Origin: Nannocystis bainbridge
GTDB taxonomy: Bacteria; Myxococcota_A; Polyangia; Nannocystales; Nannocystaceae
Length of the DNA stretch: 64,000 bases
Assembly (NCBI RefSeq): GCF_028368995.1
Contig: NZ_JAQNDL010000003.1
Location: forward strand, 2,688,001 to 2,752,000
Reading direction: 5' to 3'
A program made the position numbers and the translations under genes. Positions 62,760-64,000 of the stretch are shown here, in pieces (positions within the stretch are counted from its first letter, which is position 1; each line of letters begins with the position of its first letter). The notes under the pieces are model-generated. The model made no database searches. It was not told the DNA's origin and was given only the letters and a program-made list of their open reading frames with translations.

Positions 62760-63524
62760 GTGTTCGACCCCGCCGTGCTCGGGACTCCCGAGGTCTGGAT
62801 CAGCCTGCTCACGCTCTCGGCCCTCGAGATCGTGCTCGGGCTCGACAACATCATCTTCATCTCGATCCTCGTCGGCAAGCTGCCCGAGGCCAACCGCGAC
62901 CGCGCGCGACGGATCGGCCTCATGGGCGCGTTCGTCACCCGCCTGGGCCTGTTGGCGACGCTCAGCTGGATCATGCAGCTCGACCACCCGCTGTTCGAGC
63001 TGCTGGGCCACGCGTTCACCGGCAAGGAGGTCGTGCTCCTGCTCGGCGGCCTGTTCCTGATCTACAAGTCGACCAAGGAGCTCCACGACAAGATCGAGGG
63101 CGACGCCGAGGGTCACGTCGCGGCCACGGGCGCCGCCTCCGTCGGCGGCGTGATCTTCCAGATCCTCCTGCTCGACCTGGTGTTCTCGATCGACTCCGTC
63201 ATCACCGCGGTCGGCATGGCCCAGGAGCTGTGGATCATGGTCGCGGCCAACGTGCTCGCCCTCGGCGTCATGCTGCTGGCCAGCAAGTCGATCGCGGTGT
63301 TCGTCGATCGCCACCCGACCATCAAGGTGCTCGCCCTCAGCTTCCTGCTGACGATCGGCCTGCTGCTGACCGCCGAGGCGTTCGAGATCCACGTGCCCAA
63401 GGGCTACATCTACTTCGCCATGGCCTACTCGGTGGCGGTCGAGATGATCAACATCAAGGTCGGCCGCAAGGGCAAGGTCAAGCACGCGCCCGAGACCGAC
63501 CCGCAGGCCACCAACCCGTTCTGA
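62760..63524 (+). CDS. TerC-family membrane protein
   Basis: LEIVLGLDN, DLVFSIDSVITAVGM, HPTIKVLALSFL, PKGYIYFAM. Confidence 0.95.
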   Translation: MFDPAVLGTPEVWISLLTLSALEIVLGLDNIIFISILVGKLPEANRDRARRIGLMGAFVTRLGLLATLSWIMQLDHPLFELLGHAFTGKEVVLLLGGLFLIYKSTKELHDKIEGDAEGHVAATGAASVGGVIFQILLLDLVFSIDSVITAVGMAQELWIMVAANVLALGVMLLASKSIAVFVDRHPTIKVLALSFLLTIGLLLTAEAFEIHVPKGYIYFAMAYSVAVEMINIKVGRKGKVKHAPETDPQATNPF

Positions 63525-63548
63525 CGACGAGAGCCCCGGGGCAAAGCG

Positions 63549-63575
63549 GCGCGCGCGGCCCCGGGCCGCGCGCGC
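63549..63575. terminator. Perfect 12-bp GC hairpin between convergent genes
   Basis: GCGCGCGCGGCC-CCG-GGCCGCGCGCGC; no clear U-tract. Confidence 0.5.
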
Positions 63576-63583
63576 TGGTTCGT

Positions 63584-64000
63584 TCAGCGCCCCTGCGGGT
63601 GGCGATCGATCTGCGTGCGGGCCGACGGGGCGTATCGCCCGAGCCGCGGCGCCGCGGCGAATGGCGTGAGGGCGTGCGCCAGGTCTTGCGTGGAGGTGAA
63701 GCGCTTGTCGCGGTCCTTCTTGAGGCATCGAGCGACGACCTGCTCGAGCTCCGAGGGCACCTGCGGATTGACCACACTCAGGCGCTTGGGTCGCGACAGG
63801 ATCACGTTCTCGCAGATCGACTCGACGCTCTCGCCCTCGAACGGGCGCAGCCCGGCCAACATCTCGTAGAGCACGACGCCGAGCGCCCAGATGTCGCTGC
63901 GGACATCGGGCTCCGTGGTGCGCAGGATCTGCTCGGGGGACATGTACTGCGGCGAGCCCGTCAGGCCCTCGGAGGCGATCTGCGCGCTGTCGGCAGGCTC
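63584..64000 (-). CDS. C-terminal part of a Ser/Thr protein kinase; 5' end lies outside the window
   Basis: GSPQYMSPEQ, SDIWALGVVLYEML, RCLKKD..RF. Confidence 0.93.
   Translation of the reverse strand, partial: EPADSAQIASEGLTGSPQYMSPEQILRTTEPDVRSDIWALGVVLYEMLAGLRPFEGESVESICENVILSRPKRLSVVNPQVPSELEQVVARCLKKDRDKRFTSTQDLAHALTPFAAAPRLGRYAPSARTQIDRHPQGR

Overview
Very GC-rich (roughly 70%+ by eye) bacterial chromosome window, most likely from a myxobacterium of the Nannocystis type. This is inferred from a MYXO-CTERM protein, a myxosortase-like CPBP protease, Ser/Thr-linker lipoproteins, a GltG/AgmX-like protein, a PAS-STAS protein and Ser/Thr kinases. About 45 genes are supported: housekeeping (asnB, pyrC, hom, nadC, birA-like, fabV-like, dnaG-rpoD), NHEJ (ku-ligD), signalling, and several small accessory modules. 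I recognised no rRNA, tRNA, CRISPR array or transposase. The strongest unexplained signal is a dispersed 14-bp palindrome, TGTCC-N4-GGACA. I counted 16 perfect copies and about 20 degenerate loci, both between genes and inside ORFs, and it forms head-to-tail arrays with CATG exactly every 14 bp. Other highlights: (1) a standalone A-T-R NRPS-like reductase with an Ile/Val-type code, a candidate dialkylpyrazine synthase; (2) a KamA-like aminomutase/AsnB/aminotransferase cluster; (3) LigD with a histone-H1-like insert; (4) writer/eraser-like modules (sirtuin-GNAT, nucleotidyltransferase-phosphoesterase, Macro-ARH fusion); (5) a histidine kinase pseudogene; (6) tandem repeats at convergent gene junctions. 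All calls come from motif recognition by eye; no database searches were run, and start codons are best estimates.
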